From: a virus
Virus record (IMG/VR): IMGVR_UViG_3300027973_000032
Span: 1 to 64,000 of that record
Strand: one strand, 5' to 3'
DNA: 64,000 nucleotides
This document shows, piece by piece, positions 48,670-57,038 of the stretch; positions within the stretch are counted from its first letter, which is position 1; the number at the start of each line of letters is the position of its first letter. The notes beneath the pieces were generated by a model. It did no database searches and had not been told where the DNA came from. It was given only the letters and a program-made list of their open reading frames with translations. The translations under genes and the position numbers were made by a program.

Positions 48670-48942
48670 ATGAAATACTTTAACCCAGAAAGCAAGACCT
48701 ACAAGGTCTTCTCAGCACTCTACAACGGCGAAACTCTCACACAGGCAGAAGCTACCAAGCGTTTCAGCGTTGGCAATCTCAGCGCAGAAGCCACACGCAT
48801 TCGTCAAAACGGCTATGCTGTATATAGCACCCGTCGTCGGGCAGGTAACGGCGTTATGGTCACCGAATACACTTTGGGCAAACCAAGTCGTGAAATCGTG
48901 GCCTTAGGTTACAAAGCCAAGAGCATGGGTATTACTCTTTGA
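48670..48942 (+). CDS. Winged-helix DNA-binding protein
   Basis: GETLT..EA..RF.V.NLSA...RIRQ.GY.V; own consensus promoter (48620-48648), AGGAG SD, terminator. Confidence 0.7.
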   Translation: MKYFNPESKTYKVFSALYNGETLTQAEATKRFSVGNLSAEATRIRQNGYAVYSTRRRAGNGVMVTEYTLGKPSREIVALGYKAKSMGITL

Positions 48943-48964
48943 TACTTAATAAGTATTAGAGTAC

Positions 48965-48988
48965 AGGGGCGTACAGCCCCTTTTTTTT
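48965..48988 (+). terminator. Intrinsic terminator
   Basis: GGGGC-GTACA-GCCCC followed by T8. Confidence 0.9.
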
Positions 48989-48998
48989 AGACTAAACT

Positions 48999-49754
48999 AT
49001 GGCAATAAAAGTTTACTACCATATACACTGCACAGGCGATATTTACGGCGATCTCTTCCTCGTCGACGAACAACTTAAGGCCCTACAATGGAGCCGACTA
49101 CTATACTCAGCAGAAGTTAACTGCGTGATCACCGGCACTAATAGCTGGAACGTTTGGGAACTGGTGGATCGTACACTGGGTCGAGAACGTAAACGCTGCG
49201 TTAAAACCATTGAACGCGTGGACATTGATCACGAAGAACTCTACGAAGGACGCACACTTCAACACCTCTGGCAAGATGCCAAACCAGATGACGCCATATG
49301 CTATATACATACCAAAGGTATTAGCTACTTTATGGGTAATCGTAAGGTCAACGGCGAATTCAACGCTAGACACATTAAGGCTATCAACGGCTGGCGACTT
49401 AAAATGGAACAGAAGATTCTCACTGAATGGCCACAAAGAGTTGCTCTGCTACCACAATGCGACACACAAGGCTGCTACTTTCGACAAGATCCATTTTGGC
49501 ACTACATGGGCAACTTTTGGTGGGCTAAGGGCAGTCATATCCGTAAATTGGCTAATCCCATAGAGTACACCGCCTTACCTTATCCTGGTGAACAATACGA
49601 AGAAACTAAACCAGCTAGAATGAAATACGAACAATGGCTATTCAGCAAGGAAGGCTATCACCTAAACTTAGAACCCTACATGGACTGGCCAAAAAGACAA
49701 CCAGGCTATGCTGAAGTGTTTAATCCCTACGAAGACGACGTTAGCGAACCATGA
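48999..49754 (+). CDS. HTKG/GNFWW-family protein 1 (putative glycosyltransferase-like)
   Basis: YYHI, EGRTL, YIHTKGIS, GWR..ME, MGNFWW, YEQW, YEDD. Confidence 0.65.
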   Translation: MAIKVYYHIHCTGDIYGDLFLVDEQLKALQWSRLLYSAEVNCVITGTNSWNVWELVDRTLGRERKRCVKTIERVDIDHEELYEGRTLQHLWQDAKPDDAICYIHTKGISYFMGNRKVNGEFNARHIKAINGWRLKMEQKILTEWPQRVALLPQCDTQGCYFRQDPFWHYMGNFWWAKGSHIRKLANPIEYTALPYPGEQYEETKPARMKYEQWLFSKEGYHLNLEPYMDWPKRQPGYAEVFNPYEDDVSEP

Positions 49755-50590
49755 ACAAACTATTCTACCACATATACACTAGCGAACATCCCACTGTGGG
49801 ACTGATGATGATAGATCAACAGATACGCAGAATGAAATCCAGTGGCCTATACTACAACGCTGAAATGAACTGCGTGATCACAGGCCCACACTGTAAACAG
49901 GCAGAAGAATTAGTCAAACTACACGGCGGATTTCGAATCTTAGAAGTCACAGAACGAGACGATGAACAGATCTTCGAAGGACGCACACTGCGCTATCTAT
50001 ACGAACAAACACTACCAGAAGATAAAGTCTGCTACATGCACACTAAGGGCATTAGCTACATAACTGCACAGAATCGTATCAACGGCTTTATTGCTCCACG
50101 TAACGTAAGAGCAGTGAATGGCTGGCGTCATGCCATGGAATACTACTGCATAGATGAATGGCAAACTAGAACTGAACATCTAGGCGTGGCCTGCGATACT
50201 GTAGGCATTATGCTGATCTTCCACCCTTTCTACATGTACGGCGGAAACTTTTGGTGGAGCATGGGCAGTCATATACGCACACTACCACATCCCTTAGAAT
50301 GGAAGGGCAACGACTACGAACGCACAGGCGAAAACGCTGACCCAACTCCCGAACTGACCATGCTACGCATGAGACACGAACAATGGATCTTTGCACAACG
50401 AGAAGGCTATTTTATGAGCCTGTTTAACATACTGGACTTGCCCAAAGACGATGAACATCATCTTTGCAGCAGCTTCTGGCTCTACGAAGATGACCTACTA
50501 CCTCACGTGGTCAGAGAAAGAGCTCTACACAAAGGAGATGGAGCTCTACTCCAACTACTGAACTATCGCATACAACCTCCCCCTCAATAA
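49751..50590 (+). CDS. HTKG/GNFWW-family protein 2
   Basis: Same motif series. Confidence 0.65.
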   Translation: MNKLFYHIYTSEHPTVGLMMIDQQIRRMKSSGLYYNAEMNCVITGPHCKQAEELVKLHGGFRILEVTERDDEQIFEGRTLRYLYEQTLPEDKVCYMHTKGISYITAQNRINGFIAPRNVRAVNGWRHAMEYYCIDEWQTRTEHLGVACDTVGIMLIFHPFYMYGGNFWWSMGSHIRTLPHPLEWKGNDYERTGENADPTPELTMLRMRHEQWIFAQREGYFMSLFNILDLPKDDEHHLCSSFWLYEDDLLPHVVRERALHKGDGALLQLLNYRIQPPPQ

Positions 50591-50593
50591 ACT

Positions 50594-51352
50594 ATGATTA
50601 AAATATACTACCACATTTGGACAGCAAGAAACGTCCCAGTTAATCTCTTCCTCATAGACGATCAACTGAAAAGACTACAACACACAGGCCTCACAGAAGA
50701 AGGCGAAGTCTACTGCACTATCAGTGGCAATAATCCCTACTCAGCACTGGACCTATGCAAGGCACACCCTTGGCTTAACGTACTGGAATGCGTGGAAGGT
50801 GACCCCAATATGGAGTACGAAGGGCGCACACTAAAATATCTATGGAGAGACACTCGACCAGAAGATCATGTGTTCTACTTCCATACTAAGGGACTGAGCT
50901 TTCTCAGCGGCGATAGAATATGGGGCGAACTGAATCAACAACTTAGACCACGTAATATCAAGGCACTGAGCAGCTGGCGTTTGGTCATGGAGACTGAACT
51001 ACTGGACAGCTGGATTTGGCGCAGACATCAACTTAACGAAGGTGCAGACACACTGGGCTGCTACTTCTTAGGAGATCCTTTCTATCACTACATGGGCAAC
51101 TTTTGGTGGGCCCGTGGCACACACATCCGTAAACTGCCAGATCCCTTAAACTTTGACATTGCTCCATACCCTGCTATGGCTCTAATAGAAACTAGCCCAC
51201 TTAGAATCAAATACGAACAATGGCTATTCCGCGCACCAGATAGCTACTACGTGGGCGTGAGAGACTGGCCATTCCACCTTCAAGACACTAAAGAACCTGG
51301 ATATAGCCCAGGAATAAACCCCTACGAAGATGACTACTGGGACTTGAAATGA
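50594..51352 (+). CDS. HTKG/GNFWW-family protein 3
   Basis: Same motif series. Confidence 0.65.
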   Translation: MIKIYYHIWTARNVPVNLFLIDDQLKRLQHTGLTEEGEVYCTISGNNPYSALDLCKAHPWLNVLECVEGDPNMEYEGRTLKYLWRDTRPEDHVFYFHTKGLSFLSGDRIWGELNQQLRPRNIKALSSWRLVMETELLDSWIWRRHQLNEGADTLGCYFLGDPFYHYMGNFWWARGTHIRKLPDPLNFDIAPYPAMALIETSPLRIKYEQWLFRAPDSYYVGVRDWPFHLQDTKEPGYSPGINPYEDDYWDLK

Positions 51353-52140
51353 TTAAACTATACTACCACATTTACACTAGCACTAATAAGATGATCAGCC
51401 AAATGCTGATTGATCAACAACTACGACGCATACGCAACGCTGGCATTAACCAACATAACACCCAAATGAACTGCGTGATCACAGGTCCATGGTGGCAACC
51501 CGCTAAAGAACTGGTTGAACGCTTTGGTGGCTTCCGTATCTTAGAAACTAAGAACCAAGACGAAGAAGGCTTCTACGAAGGCCGCACACTACGCTACATT
51601 TGGCAAGACGCAAAGATGGACGATGGTATCTGCTTTGTACACACTAAAGGTTCAGCTTACCTCAGCGGAGAGAAACACGTCAACGGATGGAACCAACCCC
51701 GTAACATCACTGCTATAAACAGCTGGCGCTGGGCTATGGAATACTACACACTGGACCTGTGGCAGGATCGCATACACAACTTGAACACAGCCACTGACAC
51801 TGAAGGCATTATGATGTACCTAGACCCATTTTGGCACTATGCAGGTAACTTCTGGTGGGCTAAGGGCAGTCACATTAGACGACTACCAGACCCTACTAGA
51901 ATGGAAGCACCCTACGGTGATAGAATGAACCCCCGCGCTTGGCTTATGATCAATAAGGGACATCATATGAACTACTTTGATTGCTTGACTCAACCACGCA
52001 GCGATGGCCGTACTGGACCATTCCGCATGCACGAAGACGACTGCATGCCACACGTACTGGCTGAACGTAAGAGACTGACCCTTCTTAAAGATGCACTACG
52101 ACGCAACGACGGCGAAGCAGTTGCTCGCTACAGTAGGTAA
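51349..52140 (+). CDS. HTKG/GNFWW-family protein 4
   Basis: Same motif series; EQW replaced by RAW. Confidence 0.65.
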   Translation: MIKLYYHIYTSTNKMISQMLIDQQLRRIRNAGINQHNTQMNCVITGPWWQPAKELVERFGGFRILETKNQDEEGFYEGRTLRYIWQDAKMDDGICFVHTKGSAYLSGEKHVNGWNQPRNITAINSWRWAMEYYTLDLWQDRIHNLNTATDTEGIMMYLDPFWHYAGNFWWAKGSHIRRLPDPTRMEAPYGDRMNPRAWLMINKGHHMNYFDCLTQPRSDGRTGPFRMHEDDCMPHVLAERKRLTLLKDALRRNDGEAVARYSR

Positions 52141-52147
52141 ATACTCA

Positions 52148-52378
52148 ATGAAAGACTTCGGCGAAATGATGATTGTTATGGGCATGATGCAGGTCATTGA
52201 ACAGGCCTACAAACTTAAACAACCTATCTCTTGGCGCACTGTATACAAAACACTGCGCTTAGATGAAAGCTTCTGGTCTGAAGACTATAGCATAGACGAA
52301 GAAATTGTGATAAACAACGACGCCGAACTATACCTGATCAAGGCCACACTGGAAAGTAAATTTACTACTAAACATTAA
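52148..52378 (+). CDS. Hypothetical protein
   Basis: ATG 4 nt after TAAATA. Confidence 0.6.
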   Translation: MKDFGEMMIVMGMMQVIEQAYKLKQPISWRTVYKTLRLDESFWSEDYSIDEEIVINNDAELYLIKATLESKFTTKH

Positions 52379-52379
52379 T

Positions 52380-52934
52380 ATGCAACTGGTCTATCCCTTA
52401 GATTCATTTGAATACGAACAGACTGAAATTAAACAGATGTTTCTAGACGATTGGGACTGGATTAAAAATACTCAAAAATATAATCATATGGGCTCTGATT
52501 TACTCAGCGAGGACTTGATAGAAAAAAACTTCCCAATATTGACAAAAAATATTCGAAAATTAATGCACGAAGACGACGTCTTCACAGCGAGATTTTTTGC
52601 TACTAGACCCCATAGCTGCGGCGACGTACATATTGATATGAGAAAAGAAAGAACTTTGGTCAGAGACTGGAGCTTGAATTTACCCATCGAGAACTGTGAT
52701 AACACATATCATGAATGGTTCGATACACACAACGACCTACATACGGAGTCAAAATATAACTCTTTGTTTTGGAGAAACTACACTGCTGGCACACTGATCC
52801 ACAGCCACGAACTTACTGGACCTGCCATAATGAAAGTGTCAATTCCCCATAGGATTAATAATCCCCTAGACACTTTTAGATTGATACTGGGCATACGCAC
52901 AGAAAGTAATAGCTTTAACTACCCTTTGGTCTAG
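52380..52934 (+). CDS. Double-stranded beta-helix (2OG-Fe(II) oxygenase-like) protein
   Basis: HID...SLNLPI...PH.I.N....R (HxD...H...R). Confidence 0.65.
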   Translation: MQLVYPLDSFEYEQTEIKQMFLDDWDWIKNTQKYNHMGSDLLSEDLIEKNFPILTKNIRKLMHEDDVFTARFFATRPHSCGDVHIDMRKERTLVRDWSLNLPIENCDNTYHEWFDTHNDLHTESKYNSLFWRNYTAGTLIHSHELTGPAIMKVSIPHRINNPLDTFRLILGIRTESNSFNYPLV

Positions 52935-53190
52935 CTGTGAGCCTTACTGGTCTAGAACTAATTGATACTTGATACTATTTGATCACTGATCGAGTGTACA
53001 GAGAACTGCTTAACGGCATCTAACCAACTAGACTCTGTACAACTCCATATACTATACACGCCATAACTGACTAAGTCAACTACTAATACAGCCAAAAGAG
53101 CTAGCTGTGAGCCTTTGCATATACAGCATATACAAATGGTCTAGCTGTGAACCTTTGCATACACAACAAATACAAAAGGTCTAGCTGTGG
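52928..53190 (+). repeat. CTAGCTGTG repeats, including three units at exact 40-bp period
   Basis: Copies at 52931, 53101, 53141, 53181; related GCTGTGAACCT at 53806. Confidence 0.9.
53051..53079 (-). promoter_or_regulatory. Leftward sigma70-type promoter with no downstream gene
   Basis: Minus strand TTGACT-17 bp-TATAGT. Confidence 0.6.
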
Positions 53191-53231
53191 GTATTACACA
53201 TACGCACACAAGCACACAGATAAATACACAC

Positions 53232-53414
53232 ATGATGGACTACATACCTTTACTCGTGCTCGTACCCTTGGCACTCATAGTACTATACCTAGTTGACTAC
53301 TACTGGGATGAAGCCGAAGGACTGTTTACCCTCACGTACCTACTGGCCATACTGAGCATACTCATAGGCTGGACTCTGACAGCGATACTAGACTATAACA
53401 TTTTCCTACCATGA
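53232..53414 (+). CDS. Small two-helix membrane protein
   Basis: Two hydrophobic segments; ATG 5 nt after TAAATA. Confidence 0.5.
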   Translation: MMDYIPLLVLVPLALIVLYLVDYYWDEAEGLFTLTYLLAILSILIGWTLTAILDYNIFLP

Positions 53415-53867
53415 TCCTGATCCCCCACATACTTTTGGTCATAACACTACTGTTCCTAACCACATACTGGCGCATTAAAGAAAGTCTCCTTTGGAGTGAA
53501 TGGGCTATATTCACTATACTACTACTAGGCCTACTGGCGGCCTTTGTACACGAAATTATACAAAACTTTTGAACCTACTGTGGACATGGTGGATCTTACT
53601 GTACAGAAAGATTCATAGAATCAACGTAGAACATGCTAGAACGCAAGGTGAGTATTTGTGCATAGCCAGTCTCCACCACAGTCCGCCCAAAATATTTCTA
53701 CTGTAGATACAGTTTTGCAACCGTTCAAAACTGTCATTGGCCCAGAAACATTACACTTTTCCACACCATTCTACACCTTTTAACACCTTTATACGGTACT
53801 AGTAGGCTGTGAACCTAGTAGTCGAGGAGACTTATTGGGTTGGCCCGAGCCGTAGTAAATAACTAGT

Positions 53868-54062
53868 ATGTATACAGTACAGTTAGACACAGCCACTATA
53901 GAGGCGCACTTGGAGCAATTAGCTTGGTGTCAAAGCCAGCGTTGGGTTCCGGGTCGAGATTTTTGGTTTGTTGGGATCAAATTACCTTTTGTGCCGGTAG
54001 AATGGCATTTTCAGGATCAAAAGAAGGCTGTATGGTTTAGTTTGTATTGGACTTCAGTGTAG
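53868..54062 (+). CDS. FxLRW-family small protein 9
   Basis: AWC...WHFQDQKKAVWFSLYW. Confidence 0.7.
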   Translation: MYTVQLDTATIEAHLEQLAWCQSQRWVPGRDFWFVGIKLPFVPVEWHFQDQKKAVWFSLYWTSV

Positions 54063-54100
54063 TTGTTTCGTTCATAATAGTTATTGAAATCATAATTAGG

Positions 54101-54230
54101 AGGTTCTGAAGGTTAGAACAGTCATTCAGTCCAGAACTATCGTACGAATCAGAACTATTCTGGAGACTAGAACGTTCTGAAGGCTAGAACTATCATGCGG
54201 ATCAGAACTATTCTGGATTTCAGAACAATT
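54101..54230 (+). repeat. Iteron-like array: seven AGAAC units at 17-18-bp period
   Basis: AGAAC at 54115, 54133, 54151, 54169, 54186, 54204, 54222. Confidence 0.85.
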
Positions 54231-54382
54231 GTCGCGGAAAAACAACGAAGGTGCAGGAAAACAACACCGGTTGACAGAATTCTCCTTTTCCAATCCAAAC
54301 TCATTCTGGAATTCATAATGACCAAACCTGTTAGGCAGCCTCGCCGTCCACCCCCAGTATGCCTGTTCGAACACATGCTCAT

Positions 54383-54481
54383 ATTATAGCTGAATCACTG
54401 TGGGCCGTCAATAGTGTTGCAGATTCACAACAGTAGTGAAAAAACAACAGCATTGACGTAGCCCCCAACTGACACTATAAT
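54383..54481. promoter_or_regulatory. Back-to-back promoters flanking TGTTGC-N6-ACAACA site(s)
   Basis: Minus TTGACG(54411)-17-TATAAT; palindrome 54415-54432; half-site 54444-54449; plus TTGACG(54453)-17-TATAAT. Confidence 0.85.
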
Positions 54482-54487
54482 AACAAC

Positions 54488-54844
54488 ATGGCGACACAGA
54501 CACAGGAGCACAAGATGCAAGTCACAGCAAAGATTCTTCTCTTAGACCCAGAGTACATGGGCCAGTTCTACTTCAAACCTAACCCACGTGAGACTGCACG
54601 AGAGCTGTTGGCCAAGGACCTTTACACTGAGCAAGGCCAGTTCACGCTGAACGTCACTGACAGTGAAGACGCGGCGGAGTTCTTGTTCGATCTTACCAAC
54701 AATCCCAGCAAGGATGACTTGCGGGCTGTACTGTACGGACGTGGTCGTTCGCTCAGTGTGGGCGACATTGTTGACGTAGACGGTGAGCTTTTGCTCTGTG
54801 CTAACACGGGATGGCAGCGTGTTGCATACGCACAACAGGCTTGA
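54488..54844 (+). CDS. YodL-like domain protein
   Basis: RSLSVGDIV...C...GW motif. Confidence 0.65.
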   Translation: MATQTQEHKMQVTAKILLLDPEYMGQFYFKPNPRETARELLAKDLYTEQGQFTLNVTDSEDAAEFLFDLTNNPSKDDLRAVLYGRGRSLSVGDIVDVDGELLLCANTGWQRVAYAQQA

Positions 54845-54869
54845 CGTAGGGCCGCAAAGGCCTTATACT
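54820..54869 (+). promoter_or_regulatory. Palindrome-promoter element
   Basis: TGTTGC-ATACGC-ACAACA, 3 bp, TTGACG-17-TATACT. Confidence 0.9.
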
Positions 54870-54898
54870 AAGAACATGGACACAAAGGAGCGAACGAT

Positions 54899-55102
54899 AT
54901 GATGGCAGGATTTAGTACTATGGCCAGTTTGGCGGCCAGTCGTGTGCGGCTATTAATGCAACAGACGGACATGGAACGTCCAGCTGATTTGATTGCAGAT
55001 ATTATGCACTACTGTAAGGCAGAGGGCATTGAGTTTGATGCTGAAGTCAATGTGGCCGAATTGTACGTGTCAGAAGAAGAAGGATATGATGATGCAAATT
55101 GA
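54899..55102 (+). CDS. Hypothetical protein
   Basis: GGAG SD; ADLIADIMHYC motif. Confidence 0.7.
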   Translation: MMAGFSTMASLAASRVRLLMQQTDMERPADLIADIMHYCKAEGIEFDAEVNVAELYVSEEEGYDDAN

Positions 55103-55307
55103 TGGCCTAACAGATGAGCAATACGAGATTGCCGAAACTCTTTGGAACTGTGAAACAGAAGACGAAGTTAGGGAAGTCATTGACCAAATTGGCAGTGAAG
55201 CATATAGTGTATACCAATTGATGGTGGCCGCACACTTTGATGAGAATTGTACTGATGTCAGTGAAGCGGCGGAGTATTTAAATTCAATTAGGGGATGTTA
55301 TGAGTAA
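55086..55307 (+). CDS. Acidic hypothetical protein
   Basis: MMMQIDGLT..Q..IAE.LW. Confidence 0.65.
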   Translation: MMMQIDGLTDEQYEIAETLWNCETEDEVREVIDQIGSEAYSVYQLMVAAHFDENCTDVSEAAEYLNSIRGCYE

Positions 55308-55560
55308 GCTTGCATTCATTGGTAGGCCTTGGGTTGCATTTGATGCAGCCAATGCTAATCATCGTCAACAGTTTGCACAATTCCAACGTTTGGGTACTTG
55401 GGGTAAGTGTCCAGTTCGTTTTATTATTTCAGATGATCACGGCGACTTAATCACTATGATACAGCGACGACTTATTGAGTATTACATCAATCAGGAGTTT
55501 GGTCGCAGTGAGTTCCTCCGTCGTACAAATACAACGGCTGTTGACACAAAGACAGCCTGA
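55300..55560 (+). CDS. Hypothetical protein
   Basis: RPWVAFDAAN..HR...WG.CPVRF. Confidence 0.7.
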   Translation: MSKLAFIGRPWVAFDAANANHRQQFAQFQRLGTWGKCPVRFIISDDHGDLITMIQRRLIEYYINQEFGRSEFLRRTNTTAVDTKTA

Positions 55561-55569
55561 CGTTATACT
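55519..55569 (+). promoter_or_regulatory. Palindrome-promoter element (degenerate)
   Basis: CGTCGT-ACAAAT-ACAACG, 4 bp, TTGACA-17-TATACT. Confidence 0.85.
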
Positions 55570-55599
55570 ATTGAAACAGTAACGCAACGGAGCAAAGAT

Positions 55600-55884
55600 A
55601 TGTGGACCACAGACAATCAACGTGAACTGAGTGCGGCACTTGACCTCATGTATGAGGACCAAGGAGCCCAATTCACTTCAGGCTATGCTAACAGCTTGGC
55701 AGTAGAGATGTTGAACTCCTTGCCCAAACGCCGGCAAAAAGAATTCATCAAACAGGTACAGACCTTCAATGGTCGTCAGCTGGTCAAAGTAAAGCATCTG
55801 TTGACTGGTGCTGAGGTAGAGATCCGTAGGAGTGAGCGTGGTACCTGTGTTGACCCCAGCACGGAACGGTATCACACTATGTGA
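55600..55884 (+). CDS. Hypothetical protein
   Basis: GGAG SD; C-terminal CVDPSTERYHTM. Confidence 0.75.
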   Translation: MWTTDNQRELSAALDLMYEDQGAQFTSGYANSLAVEMLNSLPKRRQKEFIKQVQTFNGRQLVKVKHLLTGAEVEIRRSERGTCVDPSTERYHTM

Positions 55885-55934
55885 TGTTGTATGCATACAA
55901 CGGCCTAGACAAACTGGGCCGTTGAAGTTATACT
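55885..55934 (+). promoter_or_regulatory. Palindrome-promoter element with -35 hairpin
   Basis: TGTTGT-ATGCAT-ACAACG, 3 bp, TAGACA-17-TATACT. Confidence 0.9.
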
Positions 55935-55965
55935 AATGAAACAGTAACGCAACGGAGCAACAAAG

Positions 55966-56199
55966 ATGGCAAATTCCAGATTCCCAAACATGAGCTATTG
56001 TATGTGTGAGAATACAGTAGCGGCCCTAGTCCAGATTATTGAGCACATGGACGAGGATCCTGAGAACTTCCTGCAAGACTTGAGCATGACGGAATTGAAT
56101 TCGTTCAATCGTTTATACGAGCTCTGCAAAGAGTTTCGTAGGACTGCGGACTTTGTTGCTGAAATTGCCGATGAACTTGCATTATCAACTGAGGAGTAA
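55966..56199 (+). CDS. Hypothetical protein
   Basis: GGAG SD; NMSYCMCENT motif. Confidence 0.75.
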   Translation: MANSRFPNMSYCMCENTVAALVQIIEHMDEDPENFLQDLSMTELNSFNRLYELCKEFRRTADFVAEIADELALSTEE

Positions 56200-56204
56200 T
56201 TAGC

Positions 56205-56399
56205 ATGAACTTGACATATAAAGATCTCAAAGACTTTTTAGAAACTCTTACTGCCGAGCAATTGGCCTGTAATGTGTCTGTATATACTGGAGACACTGAC
56301 GAAGCCTATCCTGTATTTGCCGCTGGGTTTAATACTAAAGAGGAAATGGGCGAAGAGTTAGATACATTAGATCCTGGCCATCCTATTCTATTGTTTTAA
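56205..56399 (+). CDS. Hypothetical protein
   Basis: AGGAG SD; flanked by 19-bp direct repeats. Confidence 0.7.
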   Translation: MNLTYKDLKDFLETLTAEQLACNVSVYTGDTDEAYPVFAAGFNTKEEMGEELDTLDPGHPILLF

Positions 56400-56411
56400 G
56401 GAGTAATTAGC

Positions 56412-56705
56412 ATGAACGCAGATCAAATTGCCAAATCCATTCGTTTCACGCCCTGGACCAATGACGACCTTACCAAATTCGTTGATGCTGTCAAGTATGC
56501 GCGAGCCCAATTGGTTCGTAATAACATTAGGGAATTCGTTGAAGGCGATGCTGTTCGTTTTAACAGTCGTAAACACGGCCTTATTGGTGGCATTGTAGAG
56601 CATGTGGCAATTAAGTATGTCACAGTCCGTAGTCCAGTAGGCTTATTCCGTGTGCCAGCTAACATGCTGACACGGCGTGAACAACCAATGGTTGCCTTTG
56701 CCTAA
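56412..56705 (+). CDS. Hypothetical protein with SH3-like C-terminus
   Basis: GDAVRF...G.V..V.IKYVTV......FRVPANML. Confidence 0.7.
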   Translation: MNADQIAKSIRFTPWTNDDLTKFVDAVKYARAQLVRNNIREFVEGDAVRFNSRKHGLIGGIVEHVAIKYVTVRSPVGLFRVPANMLTRREQPMVAFA

Positions 56706-56706
56706 T

Positions 56707-56756
56707 TGTTGTAAGAACGCAACGGGCTAGACACACTGGCCCAACGATAGTATACT
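56707..56756 (+). promoter_or_regulatory. Palindrome-promoter element
   Basis: TGTTGT-AAGAAC-GCAACG, 3 bp, TAGACA-17-TATACT. Confidence 0.9.
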
Positions 56757-56785
56757 AGTGAAACAGTAACGCAACGGAGCACGTG

Positions 56786-56950
56786 ATGAAGAAAGGCATT
56801 TACCTTACAGTAGAGCAGACAGTAGAGATTCTCAGTAACACAGATTCGTTTGTGTTGGAAGAGATCTTAGAGCGATTGGTTGAGAGTGATCCAGGCACTG
56901 CCTACGTGATTCAAACCATTCTCAATAACTTGGAAAAGGAAATGGCATGA
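56786..56950 (+). CDS. 54-aa hypothetical protein
   Basis: GGAG SD right after the promoter; MKKGIYLTVEQ... Confidence 0.6.
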   Translation: MKKGIYLTVEQTVEILSNTDSFVLEEILERLVESDPGTAYVIQTILNNLEKEMA

Positions 56951-57038
56951 GCGGTGACAAAGGTGATCGCATGGTAGCCATTGCAATGGCTGCATGTTTT
57001 GCTGTTCTTACTTGTTTGACTATTAAAGGATATCTATA

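Noticed and set aside
52928-54230. Possible mini-CRISPR arrays
   Set aside because: Inter-repeat segments resemble each other rather than being unique spacers, units are too short, and there is no cas operon; the 18113 nuclease is a common stand-alone phage type
54126-54389. ORFs 54126..54374, 54167..54382 and 54195..54389
   Set aside because: They cross the AGAAC array and decayed promoter elements and have no recognisable motifs; treated as non-coding, though a leaderless ATG at 54376 cannot be excluded
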